The notes beneath the pieces were generated by a model. The model had not been told where the DNA came from and ran no database searches. It worked only from the letters and a program-made list of their open reading frames with translations. DNA of 62,405 bases from Euryarchaeota archaeon UBA58 (GTDB lineage Archaea > Thermoplasmatota > Poseidoniia > Poseidoniales > Thalassarchaeaceae). The position numbers and the translations under genes are program-made. The stretch covers positions 131,809 through 194,213 of the forward strand of contig DAHR01000013.1 in the NCBI GenBank assembly GCA_002498525.1, read 5' to 3'. Positions 25,854 through 36,049 of this stretch are shown piece by piece; the first letter of the stretch is position 1; each line of letters begins with the position of its first letter.

Positions 25854-28800
25854 ATGCGTGAAAGTCGACTCACCCTCACTCCGATGCTGCTGGCAGCGAT
25901 GCTACTGCTGCTCGATTTCAGCATTGCAGCATCGGCACTTCCAAGTGTAGGAAACGACGATTCCTATGGAATCGATGAGGTCGAACCGGCTTCAATCGAG
26001 CGCGATCCGGCTTGGCCGGAGGCGCTCGTCTGCGGCCAGTCTGAGTGTGATTCGATCGACCGTTCGGTCCGCTTTCCACCCTTCGATGCGAGTTGGCCGG
26101 TCGAAGATGCGGCGTGGTGGTTCACCTATTGGTACGACCTCGATTTCAACGGCATGGATGACCGCTTGCAGCGAATCATATCTGGAGATTACGAATCTCC
26201 TTCACCAACTTCGATTATCGGACCGGATGGTCGCGATACGGTTGCCATCGTCGTCGATTATGCATGGCATCCGGGCCCAACTGACAGGGCTGACCTACGA
26301 GCCACCCTCGAAGCCCACGGCTGGGAAGCGAGAGGCTCGTGGTTCTGGCAGGCCGACATCCTCGACAGCATCTTCATTGACCACGTCCCTGTAAGTTCCC
26401 TGATCGATATCTGGCGGACCGATGGAGTCGTTCTGCTCGAGCAGCAGAACGTCATCGTGCCATTGCTCGACAGCGCCCCGCGCGGCTCGAAGGTTCGCGA
26501 TTCCGAGGTTTACGACGAGACCATGCGAGACTTCGGCTACGACGGCTCGGGCATAGTCATCGCCATCCTCGACACCGGCGTAGACAACGAACACTTCTCG
26601 CTCGACGACTTCTCGGACGACAATAACGACAATGAGAACGACCCCGATGACCTTTCCGACCCCAAATGGATCGCCGGCTGTGACGCCACCTCTCTGAACC
26701 AGAATGACTGCAATAACGCCGGTGACCACGATCCAGACGATGGTGACGGCCACGGCACTCACGTCGCTGGAATCGCCTTGGGCACCGGCGGTTCTCGGCG
26801 CGTCAACCAAGGTTACGCGCCGGGAGCATATCTCGTCGATGTCAAGGTCATGACCGACGCTGGCGGCACCAACTCAGCAGCAACGGTCAAGGGCATCAAC
26901 TGGGTCGCCGCCAATGTCGACACCGATTGGGGCAACAACGATTCCAGCATTGGCATCCAAGTCATGTCGATGTCCTTCGGCAGCGCCTCAGACCCGCAAG
27001 GCAACGATCCTGGCGACAACGGCAGCGGCGCTGACGCCCGCGCCGTCAACCAAGCCGCAGAAGCAGGTGTGGTCCCAGTAGCGGCGATTGGCAACGACGG
27101 GCGCCGCAGAATCACTTCCGTCGGCGCGGCCGACGCCTCGATCACCGTCGGCGCGATTGACGACAAGGACACGATAGGTCGTGGCGACGACGCGATCGCA
27201 TCCTATTCCAATTCAGGACCGCGTGAGGACGATGGGGACGACGACGATCAAGACGAGCTCAAACCCGACGTCGTCTCACCGGGCAGCGACATCATGTCGG
27301 CCAGACACGCTGCCTCAACCAGCCCAATTCCCGGCACCCCCAAACCCCTCGCAAAGGACGGCTACCTCGAGATGAGCGGCACCAGCATGGCTTGTCCAGC
27401 GGTAGCCGGATTCGTCGCAGTGATTCTACAGATCAGCGAGGAAGAAGGCTTGGACCTCGACCCTCAGGAAGTCAAGGACCTGCTGCGCGAGAACTCGGAT
27501 TCGAGGGGCGAAGCCTCTGAACCTGACGCATCAGACACCTGGAACGAACAGTACGGCTTCGGAATAATCGATGGCAATCTCATACTCTCAGCGATGCTCG
27601 GCAACGGCGGAGGCAATGGAGGCAACGGAACCGAACCACCACCACCCGGTGAGGGCGAATGGCTGGTCATCGAGCGACCGATCGAAGACTCTTGGCTAGT
27701 CGAGGGCGAGACCTATTCGGTGCGAGGTCACATCGACGAGGATGCAGAGACCAACGGCAGCGTCGAGGAGGTTCAGGTGAAGATAACCTACACTCACAAA
27801 CCCGAGGACTCACCGACTCGGGAAGTCATTCTCGTCAATTGGCACAAAGCCCAAGGAACGGCCAATTGGTCGACGGATTTCTCGATTCCGGAATTCCGTG
27901 AGGATGATATCAACGCGCTCGAGATCAAAGTCTTCGTACAAGCCCGCAACGAGTACGATCAGTGGAGCGAGACTCAGCGTCAGGACCACGAACTCGGCGT
28001 CGTCGAAGTGACCCTCGAGAGTCCGAGTGGTCAATCTTCGGTTGCTGGGAATGTTCGCTTCGAAGGGCAGTATGAGACTGTGAATGGCGGCACTCTGCAG
28101 TCGCGCGTCGGCAAGGATGACTGGATGGATGAGGTCACCTACGCGGGCTCGGGCGGGAGCACTGGTTCGTTCAATTTCAATTGGGATTCCACCGAGCATC
28201 CAGATGGTTCACATCGGCTTTCGATCCGGCTGACGAGCGGAGGAGGGATTCGATCTGAGGAGATTCGTATCACCGTTGAAGTCGACAATTATCCTCCCGC
28301 CCCCGACCTCATGTTCAGGAGCGGTCTGACGGTCTCTGAGTGGGGAATTCCGCTGGCTGATACCTTCGTCAATTCCTTCGTCGATGTCAGCGCGGAGATT
28401 CGCAACGACGGCGATATGGCGGCGAGCAACGTCGTCGTCTATCTGCTGGAAGAGGGCAGTCGAAAATACGAATTGACGATTCCTTCGATCAATACTGGCG
28501 ACATCATCGAGGTCGTCCTTTACTGGAATCCGAGCGATGTCGGCACCCGTACACTGACCATCGCACTCGATCCGGGTGATTCGATCGCGGAGATCGATGA
28601 GACGAATAACGACGCCAGCCTTGATTTCCTCGTCGTCCAACGACCGGTTGGCGTCGACCTCTCATTCAGTCCGGGCGCCATCAGGACACTGCCGGCTGTG
28701 CCTCGTCCGGGAGAGCAGTTCCAGATCAGCGCGAGGGTCGACAACCTCGGCTCGACAGCCGCCGAGAACGTCGAAGCCTCTCTGCTTCTGAAGACCGATA

Positions 28801-30677
28801 GAGGCTGGGAGTTGACACTCTCGACCAGCATCCCACTCATCGCGGGCGCAGGAAGTCAGATCGTCAACTTCGCCCAGGTCGCAGATGCGGCTGGACCCTT
28901 CGAATTCAGAATCACACTTGCTGGATCCACACTCTCAGACATCGACTGGAGCAATAATCAGGTCGAGTGGACCGCTCTGGTCGACAAGACCACGATCGCC
29001 GGTGGCAGGATAACGAATTTCCAATCCGGCGAGATTCCAGTTGAGATCATCGAGCTCGAGGGCGAGGGTATCGTCGTCACCTCGAGAGACGGAGGATTGG
29101 CCCTTTACAGGCTCAATTCCGACCGCGGCATGACCCCCTGCACCAATTTACTGGAAGTGACGTGGTCGGGTGATTTCGCTTCTGCCAGCACCGATGACGG
29201 AATCGCCCACATCATCTGGACGCGAAGATACCTCGACACGAACGGATATCTGCAGCAGACGGTCTCCTACTCGACCATCGACTCAGCCTGTCAGATGACG
29301 CCGATTCAGGATCTGATGGAGCCGATTCTGCTCTCCGACGGAAAATACTGGGGCATCGACCTCGATTTGAAAGGCTCAGACATCCTCATCTCAGGATATC
29401 ACAGGGATTTGCTGACCGGCGGCACCTATCAGGACCTGACGAGCATCTTCACACTGCAGGCCGACGCCCCGACTTCTTCGAATGACTGGTCATTCACTCC
29501 CAACGTCGTTGCCGACATCGACGTCATCGCCGGACAGACCGATGATGTGCAGATCGAGTTCGGCGACGAGGATGGCCACATCCTCTACCAATCATTTAGG
29601 AACGACACAACGGGTATCGAGAGACTAGGTCTGTGGTATGCGCATGGGGAGTTGGGCAGGTCGTCCTGGTCGTACAAGAAGGCGGTCGGTGACGAGGCTT
29701 CGCTGGCGCAGATGAAGGTCCACACGATTGAGAATGAGGATCGCTTGATCGTCGTTTGGCGCGAGGGCTCAGGACAAGACACCGAACTCGTGGCGATGAT
29801 CGCTGATGACACATTCGAGGCGATTGAAAATCTCTCAATGAGACTCTCAGCACCCGGTTTCAGCAGGTTGGTCTTCCTCGAGACGAGCCGAGGCGTGCAG
29901 GTGATGCACGATATGGTAGGGCCGACAGGACCACAGATCCAGTACGGGATGATCAACGCGGAGTCGGGCTGGATCGCGATCTCGGATCGAATCGCCGATG
30001 GCTGGTTGCATTCCGTCGATCGCGCTCCATCTGGCGATGAAGCGGTGATGATCCACACATCGAGTCAAGGCTGGGTGATTCGCGCGATGATAGATGACAG
30101 CATATCGAGTCGCGATGATATCGATATCCTCGAGCAATTGAGGTACAGCCTAGGGCTCGATGAGAACAGTTTCAACATCCTCCTCGGAGGTGTTGCAATC
30201 GCCGTGCTGCTCCTCTGCACAATCGTTCTGGGAGTGCTTTCGGGGCGAGCCATCCGCTGGATGGGAGGGGGGAGGAGAGTGCGCGCTGAAGGCACTCTGT
30301 TACTGGAGGAGGATGTTGTAGAAGTCATCGATGATGACGACATTCCAGTCACCGCTGTCGACACCTCTTCGATCGTCGAATTGGTCGAAACTGGACCTGA
30401 AAGCGACGCCGGTGGGCAACGGCGACAGCGCCGCGAGAGGCGAGCGGCAGTGGCTGATGCAACCGAGATCGGAACGTTGCCGTCGATGCCACAATCACCC
30501 GAATCAGCAGCTGTGCCTGCAGAATTGCCCCCTCTCGATGAAGGTATGCCAATGCCGCCGGGAATGCCGATGCTCAACCGACCGGTGATGTGCCCTGAGT
30601 GTTCGAGCAGATTCGAAGTCGCGGCAGACTTGACGATGACTCGCTGTCCAATCTGTGCTCTGCGCATCGATTTCTGA
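25854..30677 (+). CDS. membrane-anchored S8 (subtilisin-like) serine protease with CARDB/Ig-like domains and C-terminal Zn ribbon
   Basis: ILDTG, HGTHVAG and SGTSMA triad; ExDETNN CARDB motif; TM; CPEC...CPIC. Confidence 0.92.
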   Translation: MRESRLTLTPMLLAAMLLLLDFSIAASALPSVGNDDSYGIDEVEPASIERDPAWPEALVCGQSECDSIDRSVRFPPFDASWPVEDAAWWFTYWYDLDFNGMDDRLQRIISGDYESPSPTSIIGPDGRDTVAIVVDYAWHPGPTDRADLRATLEAHGWEARGSWFWQADILDSIFIDHVPVSSLIDIWRTDGVVLLEQQNVIVPLLDSAPRGSKVRDSEVYDETMRDFGYDGSGIVIAILDTGVDNEHFSLDDFSDDNNDNENDPDDLSDPKWIAGCDATSLNQNDCNNAGDHDPDDGDGHGTHVAGIALGTGGSRRVNQGYAPGAYLVDVKVMTDAGGTNSAATVKGINWVAANVDTDWGNNDSSIGIQVMSMSFGSASDPQGNDPGDNGSGADARAVNQAAEAGVVPVAAIGNDGRRRITSVGAADASITVGAIDDKDTIGRGDDAIASYSNSGPREDDGDDDDQDELKPDVVSPGSDIMSARHAASTSPIPGTPKPLAKDGYLEMSGTSMACPAVAGFVAVILQISEEEGLDLDPQEVKDLLRENSDSRGEASEPDASDTWNEQYGFGIIDGNLILSAMLGNGGGNGGNGTEPPPPGEGEWLVIERPIEDSWLVEGETYSVRGHIDEDAETNGSVEEVQVKITYTHKPEDSPTREVILVNWHKAQGTANWSTDFSIPEFREDDINALEIKVFVQARNEYDQWSETQRQDHELGVVEVTLESPSGQSSVAGNVRFEGQYETVNGGTLQSRVGKDDWMDEVTYAGSGGSTGSFNFNWDSTEHPDGSHRLSIRLTSGGGIRSEEIRITVEVDNYPPAPDLMFRSGLTVSEWGIPLADTFVNSFVDVSAEIRNDGDMAASNVVVYLLEEGSRKYELTIPSINTGDIIEVVLYWNPSDVGTRTLTIALDPGDSIAEIDETNNDASLDFLVVQRPVGVDLSFSPGAIRTLPAVPRPGEQFQISARVDNLGSTAAENVEASLLLKTDRGWELTLSTSIPLIAGAGSQIVNFAQVADAAGPFEFRITLAGSTLSDIDWSNNQVEWTALVDKTTIAGGRITNFQSGEIPVEIIELEGEGIVVTSRDGGLALYRLNSDRGMTPCTNLLEVTWSGDFASASTDDGIAHIIWTRRYLDTNGYLQQTVSYSTIDSACQMTPIQDLMEPILLSDGKYWGIDLDLKGSDILISGYHRDLLTGGTYQDLTSIFTLQADAPTSSNDWSFTPNVVADIDVIAGQTDDVQIEFGDEDGHILYQSFRNDTTGIERLGLWYAHGELGRSSWSYKKAVGDEASLAQMKVHTIENEDRLIVVWREGSGQDTELVAMIADDTFEAIENLSMRLSAPGFSRLVFLETSRGVQVMHDMVGPTGPQIQYGMINAESGWIAISDRIADGWLHSVDRAPSGDEAVMIHTSSQGWVIRAMIDDSISSRDDIDILEQLRYSLGLDENSFNILLGGVAIAVLLLCTIVLGVLSGRAIRWMGGGRRVRAEGTLLLEEDVVEVIDDDDIPVTAVDTSSIVELVETGPESDAGGQRRQRRERRAAVADATEIGTLPSMPQSPESAAVPAELPPLDEGMPMPPGMPMLNRPVMCPECSSRFEVAADLTMTRCPICALRIDF

Positions 30678-30687
30678 GGTGATTGAC

Positions 30688-31341
30688 GTGCTTCGCGTCA
30701 GAGTCGCATCCGCTTCTGAAAGGCGACTCGCCTGGCTTGTGGAACGCTTCGAAGTCGTCGAAGACGTCGATATTTTCGCCACTCCGCTGCTCTTCGATGA
30801 ACCGGTCGTGAAGGTCGGGATTCCTGTTTGTCAACAGACCACCGACACCTGTCTGGCGAAGGCTGAGGCGGCGGCGAGTGAGGTTGCCATGGCTCGATCG
30901 ATCGGCTCGGAGCTACCCGATCTGATTCTCGTCGCCGATACAATCGTCGAGGATCCTGACGACCCGAATGTGCCATTGGGCAAGCCCGAAGATGCTGCCC
31001 AAGCGACGACGATGCTGCTCCGACTGTCTGGAACTCGCCACCGAGTCTGGTCCGCCAGCGCCATTTTGCAGCCGCCCGGCCGAGACGGTGAACACAGATT
31101 GCACGGTGGTTGGACTGCGAATCTTTGGACTGAATCCGCAGTCGTCGAATTCGACGAACTGAGCCAGGACCGCCTCGTCGAACTCGTCAGCAGCGGCTCT
31201 TGGCAAGGCAAGGCAGGAGCTTACGATCTGGCAGGTGCTGCCGCTGCTGATGCGAAATTGATCGAGGGCGAGGAGGTGACCGTCCTCGGTCTCGCCCCTT
31301 CAGCTGTGACTGCATTGTACAATGCAATCACTTCACCCTGA
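30688..31341 (+). CDS. maf: Maf family nucleotide pyrophosphatase
   Basis: ASASERR, LAKA, ADT, LGKP and GKAGAY motifs; GAGGTGA upstream of the GTG start. Confidence 0.85.
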   Translation: MLRVRVASASERRLAWLVERFEVVEDVDIFATPLLFDEPVVKVGIPVCQQTTDTCLAKAEAAASEVAMARSIGSELPDLILVADTIVEDPDDPNVPLGKPEDAAQATTMLLRLSGTRHRVWSASAILQPPGRDGEHRLHGGWTANLWTESAVVEFDELSQDRLVELVSSGSWQGKAGAYDLAGAAAADAKLIEGEEVTVLGLAPSAVTALYNAITSP

Positions 31342-31366
31342 TGTGAGGCGTCTGCGGACAGAGACC

Positions 31367-31834
31367 TCATTGTGAGCGCTGAGCCCACCAATCGGGGTCC
31401 GATTCGGCCTTCTCGACCAAATCTCGCAGTGCCGCTAAGGTCGTCTCGTGCAGATGATGCTCGATGCCCTCGGTGTCGGTATGAGCAGTCTCCTCATCGA
31501 CACCGAGAACCTGCAGGAAACGAACGATCAATCCATGCCTCTCGCGCAAGCCAACAGCAGCCTTGCGCCCAGCTTCAGTCAGCTGCGCACCACGATATCG
31601 TTCGTACTCGACCAGACCATCCTCAGCCATCCGTTTGAGCATCTTGGTCACCGTCGGGCGAGCAACCGAGAGATGCTCGGCGATGCGCGCCGATTTCGCC
31701 CGCCCCTCGACCAACTCCAATTCATGCAGGACCTCGAGGTAATCCTCGACTCGAACGCTGTGTCGAGCAGAGCGGCGCTGACCATCCGCGAGGTGAGCGG
31801 AACGAAGCGCATCGAGTCGGTTCGCATCAGTCAT
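31367..31834 (-). CDS. DtxR/MntR family metal-dependent transcriptional regulator
   Basis: EDYLE, IAEHLSVARPTVTKMLKRM (HTH), LRERH and EGIEHH. Confidence 0.9.
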   Translation of the reverse strand: MTDANRLDALRSAHLADGQRRSARHSVRVEDYLEVLHELELVEGRAKSARIAEHLSVARPTVTKMLKRMAEDGLVEYERYRGAQLTEAGRKAAVGLRERHGLIVRFLQVLGVDEETAHTDTEGIEHHLHETTLAALRDLVEKAESDPDWWAQRSQ

Positions 31835-31836
31835 CT

Positions 31837-32316
31837 TCACACCTCGACGAAAGTTACTCCGCCATGCTTCAGAACGAATTCGCGCTGCAACTCGTCGAAC
31901 CACTGCAACATCGCCGCAGCAAAGCGAACAGTGACCACTTCCTCATCCATCAGAAGGTCATCTTGGATGCCCCTCAGAGTACCCGGAGCAGCCCCGCAGG
32001 AAACACAGGCACCATCGAGATCTATGACCAGCGAGAGAGCCTCTGCACCGGAGTGCATCCTCTTGACATCGCAAGCAGCTATGAGAAGCCCTCCACCATG
32101 CCCATCGAGAGCCGCTCGGACCGGTCCGAGTCGCGCCATCAGAGCGGGCACCAGATCGGGGTCATCGGAGCTGACCAACGATAACAGGGAGAGTCCCCTC
32201 AGCCGAGCCAACTCATCCGGATCGTGAGCCTCCGTGATGCGCTTCTGAGCCTCCTTCTCGATTAGCGCCTCAACCTGCAGACGATAGGCCTCGGCGAGAT
32301 CGTCCACATCCGACAT
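31837..32316 (-). CDS. NifU/Nfu-domain Fe-S carrier protein
   Basis: VRAALDGHGGG...LDGACVSC (Nfu CxxC)...TL. Confidence 0.8.
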   Translation of the reverse strand: MSDVDDLAEAYRLQVEALIEKEAQKRITEAHDPDELARLRGLSLLSLVSSDDPDLVPALMARLGPVRAALDGHGGGLLIAACDVKRMHSGAEALSLVIDLDGACVSCGAAPGTLRGIQDDLLMDEEVVTVRFAAAMLQWFDELQREFVLKHGGVTFVEV

Positions 32317-32373
32317 GGTGAGCCGGTGTGGTCACCCCTACTTCTGATTCACCATCGAAAAAAACGCAGAATC

Positions 32374-32393
32374 GACGGACCGTCTATGACGGT
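32374..32393. promoter_or_regulatory. candidate operator palindrome between nfu/mntR and sufC
   Basis: ACCGTC-TAT-GACGGT (32379-32393) overlapping GACGG-A-CCGTC, just upstream of TTGAAAA. Confidence 0.4.
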
Positions 32394-32440
32394 TGCATTG
32401 AAAAGGGGCAAAGCATCGGGAAAGGTTGAGGGAGCCCTAA

Positions 32441-33238
32441 ATGTCAGTTGACCCACCCGTTCTTGAGATTCGTGACCTTCATGCTGGAATCGATGATACG
32501 CCGATTCTGAATGGCATCGATCTGAAGATAGAATCGGGAGAGATTCATGCGTTAATGGGCCGAAACGGCAGCGGAAAGACGACTGCTGCGAACATCATCA
32601 TGGGCCATCCGGAATTCGAGGTCTCGCAAGGCAGCGTCGAACTCAACGGCAAGGATATCCTGGAGATGAAACCGTGGGAGAGGGCTCGAGCCGGTGTCTT
32701 CCTCTCCTTCCAATATCCACAAGCCGTCCCGGGTTTACAGGTCGGTAACTTCCTCCGCAAGTCAGTCGCAGCGATCAATGGCGAAGATGCTGCGAAGGGT
32801 CCCGAGTTCCGCCGTACTCTGAAGAGTGCGATGGCGGAACTCGACATGCCGCGCTCCTTCCTCGGCCGCTACGTCAACGATGGCTTCAGCGGCGGCGAGA
32901 AGAAGCGCTTCGAGATCCTACAATTGATGCTGATCAAGCCGAAGCTGGCGATTCTCGACGAGACCGATTCGGGCTTGGACATCGATGGTATCAAGACCGT
33001 CGCGAAGGGCATCAACTCAGCGGTTCGCGGCAGCGATTCCGCGGCTCTCATCATCACTCATTATTCGAGAATCCTCGAACATGTCAAGCCCGACAGGGTA
33101 CATGTCCTAATCAAGGGCAGAATCGTCAAAAGCGGTGGCCCTGAACTCGCCCTCGAACTCGAGGAGCGCGGTTATGACTGGCTCATCCCTAGCGGCGAAG
33201 ACTCCGAGTCCGAGACGGTCGCGGCGACGAAAGATTAA
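32441..33238 (+). CDS. sufC: Fe-S cluster assembly ATPase SufC
   Basis: GRNGSGKT, FQYP, VNDGFSGGEKKR, LDETDSGLD and ITHY. Confidence 0.96.
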   Translation: MSVDPPVLEIRDLHAGIDDTPILNGIDLKIESGEIHALMGRNGSGKTTAANIIMGHPEFEVSQGSVELNGKDILEMKPWERARAGVFLSFQYPQAVPGLQVGNFLRKSVAAINGEDAAKGPEFRRTLKSAMAELDMPRSFLGRYVNDGFSGGEKKRFEILQLMLIKPKLAILDETDSGLDIDGIKTVAKGINSAVRGSDSAALIITHYSRILEHVKPDRVHVLIKGRIVKSGGPELALELEERGYDWLIPSGEDSESETVAATKD

Positions 33239-33274
33239 GGTCAGATGAGAATTGGAAATAAACGAGGCGAGTGA

Positions 33275-34711
33275 ATGACGGAACAAGAAGCAAGCACGAT
33301 GATGACGCCCGAAGAAGTGAGCACGGTGGTCGGCGATTACAAGGCCGGCTGGCACGATCCTGAGAATTCGACCATCCGTTTCGACAATGGTCTGTCAGAG
33401 CAAGTCGTGCGCGACATCTCGGCGCTCAAGGACGAGCCTGAGTGGATGACTGAGTTCCGTGTCAAGGCCTATCGGCACTACGAGAAGCGACCGATGCCGA
33501 CATGGGGCAACATGTCCTTGCTCGAGCAGATTGATTTCGACAACATCTGCTACTTCCTGCGCTCCGGCGAAGGCACGGAGACGAATTGGGATGACGTTCC
33601 CGAGGACATCCGCAACACCTTCCAGAAGCTGGGCATTCCCGAGGCCGAGCAGAAGTGGCTCTCCGGCGTCACGGCCCAATACGAGTCCGAGGCCGTCTAT
33701 CATTCGATTCGCGAAGACCTCGTGAAGCAGGGAGTAATCTTCCTCGACATGGACAGTGGTCTTCGCGAATATCCTGAGCTTGTCAAGAAATGGTTCTGTT
33801 CGGTCATACCATATTCCGACAACAAGTTCAGCGCCCTCAACACCGCAGTCTGGTCCGGCGGCTCTTTCATCTACGTCCCGAAAGGCGTTCACGTCGAGAT
33901 GCCGGTACAGGCGTATTTCCGCATCAATGCAAAGAACATGGGGCAGTTCGAGCGCACTCTGATCATCGCCGACGAAGGCAGCAGCATCCACTACGTCGAA
34001 GGCTGCACAGCCCCGACCTACTCGAGCGATTCGCTGCATTCCGCCGTCGTCGAACTCATCGCCCTGCCCGGCGCCTACATCCGCTACAGCACCGTGCAGA
34101 ACTGGAGCGCGAACGTCTACAACCTCGTCACCAAGCGCGGCATCGCCCACGAGAACGCGACCATCGAATGGGTCGATGGCAACTTAGGTTCCAAGCTCAC
34201 GATGAAGTATCCATCAGTGATCCTCAAGGGCGAAGGAGCCCACGCAGAAGTCATCTCCGTGGCCTACTCCGGCAAAGGTCAACACCAGGACACCGGAGCC
34301 AAGATCCATCATCTGGCGAGCAACACGACGAGCAAGATCCTCTCGAAATCCATCAGCAAGGATGGCGGACGCGGCTCGTATCGCGGACTCGTCACGGTCT
34401 CGGCGAAAGCCGAGAATTGCAAAGTCAACGTCGTCTGTGACGCGCTCATCCTCGACGAGGAATCGCGCTCCGACACCTATCCGACGATGGAGGTGGCGAA
34501 TTCGACGGCACGCTGTGAGCACGAGGCCAGTGTTTCGAAGGTGAGTGACGAGCAGTTGTTCTATCTGATGAGCAGAGGGCACGCGGAGAACGAAGCGCTG
34601 GCGATGATCGTCAACGGCTTCTTCGAGCCTTTCACGCGCGAACTTCCGATGGAATACGCTGTCGAATTGAACCATCTGATGGCACTCGAGATGGAAGGCA
34701 GCATCGGCTGA
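33275..34711 (+). CDS. sufB: Fe-S cluster assembly protein SufB
   Basis: [43 protein letters not shown] and EGSIG. Confidence 0.97.
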   Translation: MTEQEASTMMTPEEVSTVVGDYKAGWHDPENSTIRFDNGLSEQVVRDISALKDEPEWMTEFRVKAYRHYEKRPMPTWGNMSLLEQIDFDNICYFLRSGEGTETNWDDVPEDIRNTFQKLGIPEAEQKWLSGVTAQYESEAVYHSIREDLVKQGVIFLDMDSGLREYPELVKKWFCSVIPYSDNKFSALNTAVWSGGSFIYVPKGVHVEMPVQAYFRINAKNMGQFERTLIIADEGSSIHYVEGCTAPTYSSDSLHSAVVELIALPGAYIRYSTVQNWSANVYNLVTKRGIAHENATIEWVDGNLGSKLTMKYPSVILKGEGAHAEVISVAYSGKGQHQDTGAKIHHLASNTTSKILSKSISKDGGRGSYRGLVTVSAKAENCKVNVVCDALILDEESRSDTYPTMEVANSTARCEHEASVSKVSDEQLFYLMSRGHAENEALAMIVNGFFEPFTRELPMEYAVELNHLMALEMEGSIG

Positions 34712-34759
34712 TTCTGTTCGAACCACAGAGGTCGCAGAGAACACGGGAGAAGGGTGTGA

Positions 34760-35866
34760 ATGGACGCTGCGAGTCAATATCTATCGCTGGATGAACCACA
34801 TCGGGCGAATCACCTGTGGCGCTACTCTCCGTGGCGCAAGGTGCATCCGACCGGCAAGGTTGGCGAGATTCCGACGAGTCTGGCCTCACCGACGCTGACG
34901 CTGACTTCGCTTAGTGGCGGAGTCGTTCTGGCTGGTATCTCGCTCGAGAAGTCAAGCGGCGCTAACCAAGTGCTTCACCATGCCGACGCGGTGACTGAGT
35001 CCTTCCTCAAAGCGATCACCACGGATTCTGCTTTCACTCTGCGAGTCGAGAACAATTTCATCCCCAGCGAGCCGATATTCCTCGACATCGACACAGGCGA
35101 TTCGCCCTGCGCAGTCCATCTGACATTGGATGTCGGACGGCATTGCGAATTCGAACTCATCACACAGATTGACGGCGCTGCGCCATGGACGGGATTACTG
35201 CGCAGCGGTCGCATCGGTGAGGGCACTATCCTCAACGATGTCGTCATAGGCCACACCGATGCGGGTACCTTTCTGCGCGTCGATAACATCTCCATCGGCC
35301 GCGACGCGCAGGTCAAGACCGGCACGGTCAGTTCAGGCAGCGAGCGAACCAAGGCCGACCTGCGCTACAGAATGGGCGAGATTGGTGGCCATCTCAGAGT
35401 CCTCGGCTCGATCCTCGCGTCTGATAAGATGCACCTCGATCACCACGTCGAGATCCATCACGACGCACCCGAGACCTTCAGCCGCCTCGAATGGCATTCC
35501 GCCTGCGGCGGCAAGAGTCGCACCGTCGGAACCGGCATGCTGCGAATCGTCGACGGCGCTCACGGCGCAGATGCGTCTCAACTATTCCAGAATCTCCTGC
35601 TCTCGAAGGGTGCCAAGGCTGACAGTATTCCTGAACTCGAGGTCAGCGAGCACAATGTCGTCGGTTGCGGTCACGGGACCGCCAGCGGACCTGTCGACGA
35701 GGACCAGATGTTCTACCTCGAATCGCGCGGCTTCGACACCGACCAAGCCCGCGACACACTGGTCGCGGCTTTCCTCAATTCAACCCTCATCGCCATGGGC
35801 AGTGAGACGATGCACGAATGGCTGACCAACCATCTGCAAGAAGAGCTCGCTGACCTCAGTTCCTGA
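34760..35866 (+). CDS. sufD: Fe-S cluster assembly protein SufD
   Basis: WRYS, NLLLS...SIPELE, CGHG and QMFYLESRG; follows sufB. Confidence 0.88.
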   Translation: MDAASQYLSLDEPHRANHLWRYSPWRKVHPTGKVGEIPTSLASPTLTLTSLSGGVVLAGISLEKSSGANQVLHHADAVTESFLKAITTDSAFTLRVENNFIPSEPIFLDIDTGDSPCAVHLTLDVGRHCEFELITQIDGAAPWTGLLRSGRIGEGTILNDVVIGHTDAGTFLRVDNISIGRDAQVKTGTVSSGSERTKADLRYRMGEIGGHLRVLGSILASDKMHLDHHVEIHHDAPETFSRLEWHSACGGKSRTVGTGMLRIVDGAHGADASQLFQNLLLSKGAKADSIPELEVSEHNVVGCGHGTASGPVDEDQMFYLESRGFDTDQARDTLVAAFLNSTLIAMGSETMHEWLTNHLQEELADLSS

Positions 35867-35902
35867 GCAATTCATTTGAACCGTGAGCGGCTGAATCGGG
35901 CC

Positions 35903-36043
35903 GTGGACCACGACCATTGCGCTGCAATCGACTGCGAATGCGGCTACATCGGCGCATCGATTCCGATGCGCCAACACATGGAGTGTCCGCGCTGCCACCG
36001 TGTCGTCGAAGCCTGCTGCGAAGGCGTGCCTGACTATTCCTGA
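35903..36043 (+). CDS. small Cys/His-rich metal-binding protein (46 aa; not in ORF track)
   Basis: GTG-start ORF MDHDHCAAIDCECGYIGASIPMRQHMECPRCHRVVEACCEGVPDYS; 7 Cys; fills the intergenic gap; TTTGAA about 25 nt upstream. Confidence 0.65.
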   Translation: MDHDHCAAIDCECGYIGASIPMRQHMECPRCHRVVEACCEGVPDYS

Positions 36044-36049
36044 GCGCAC

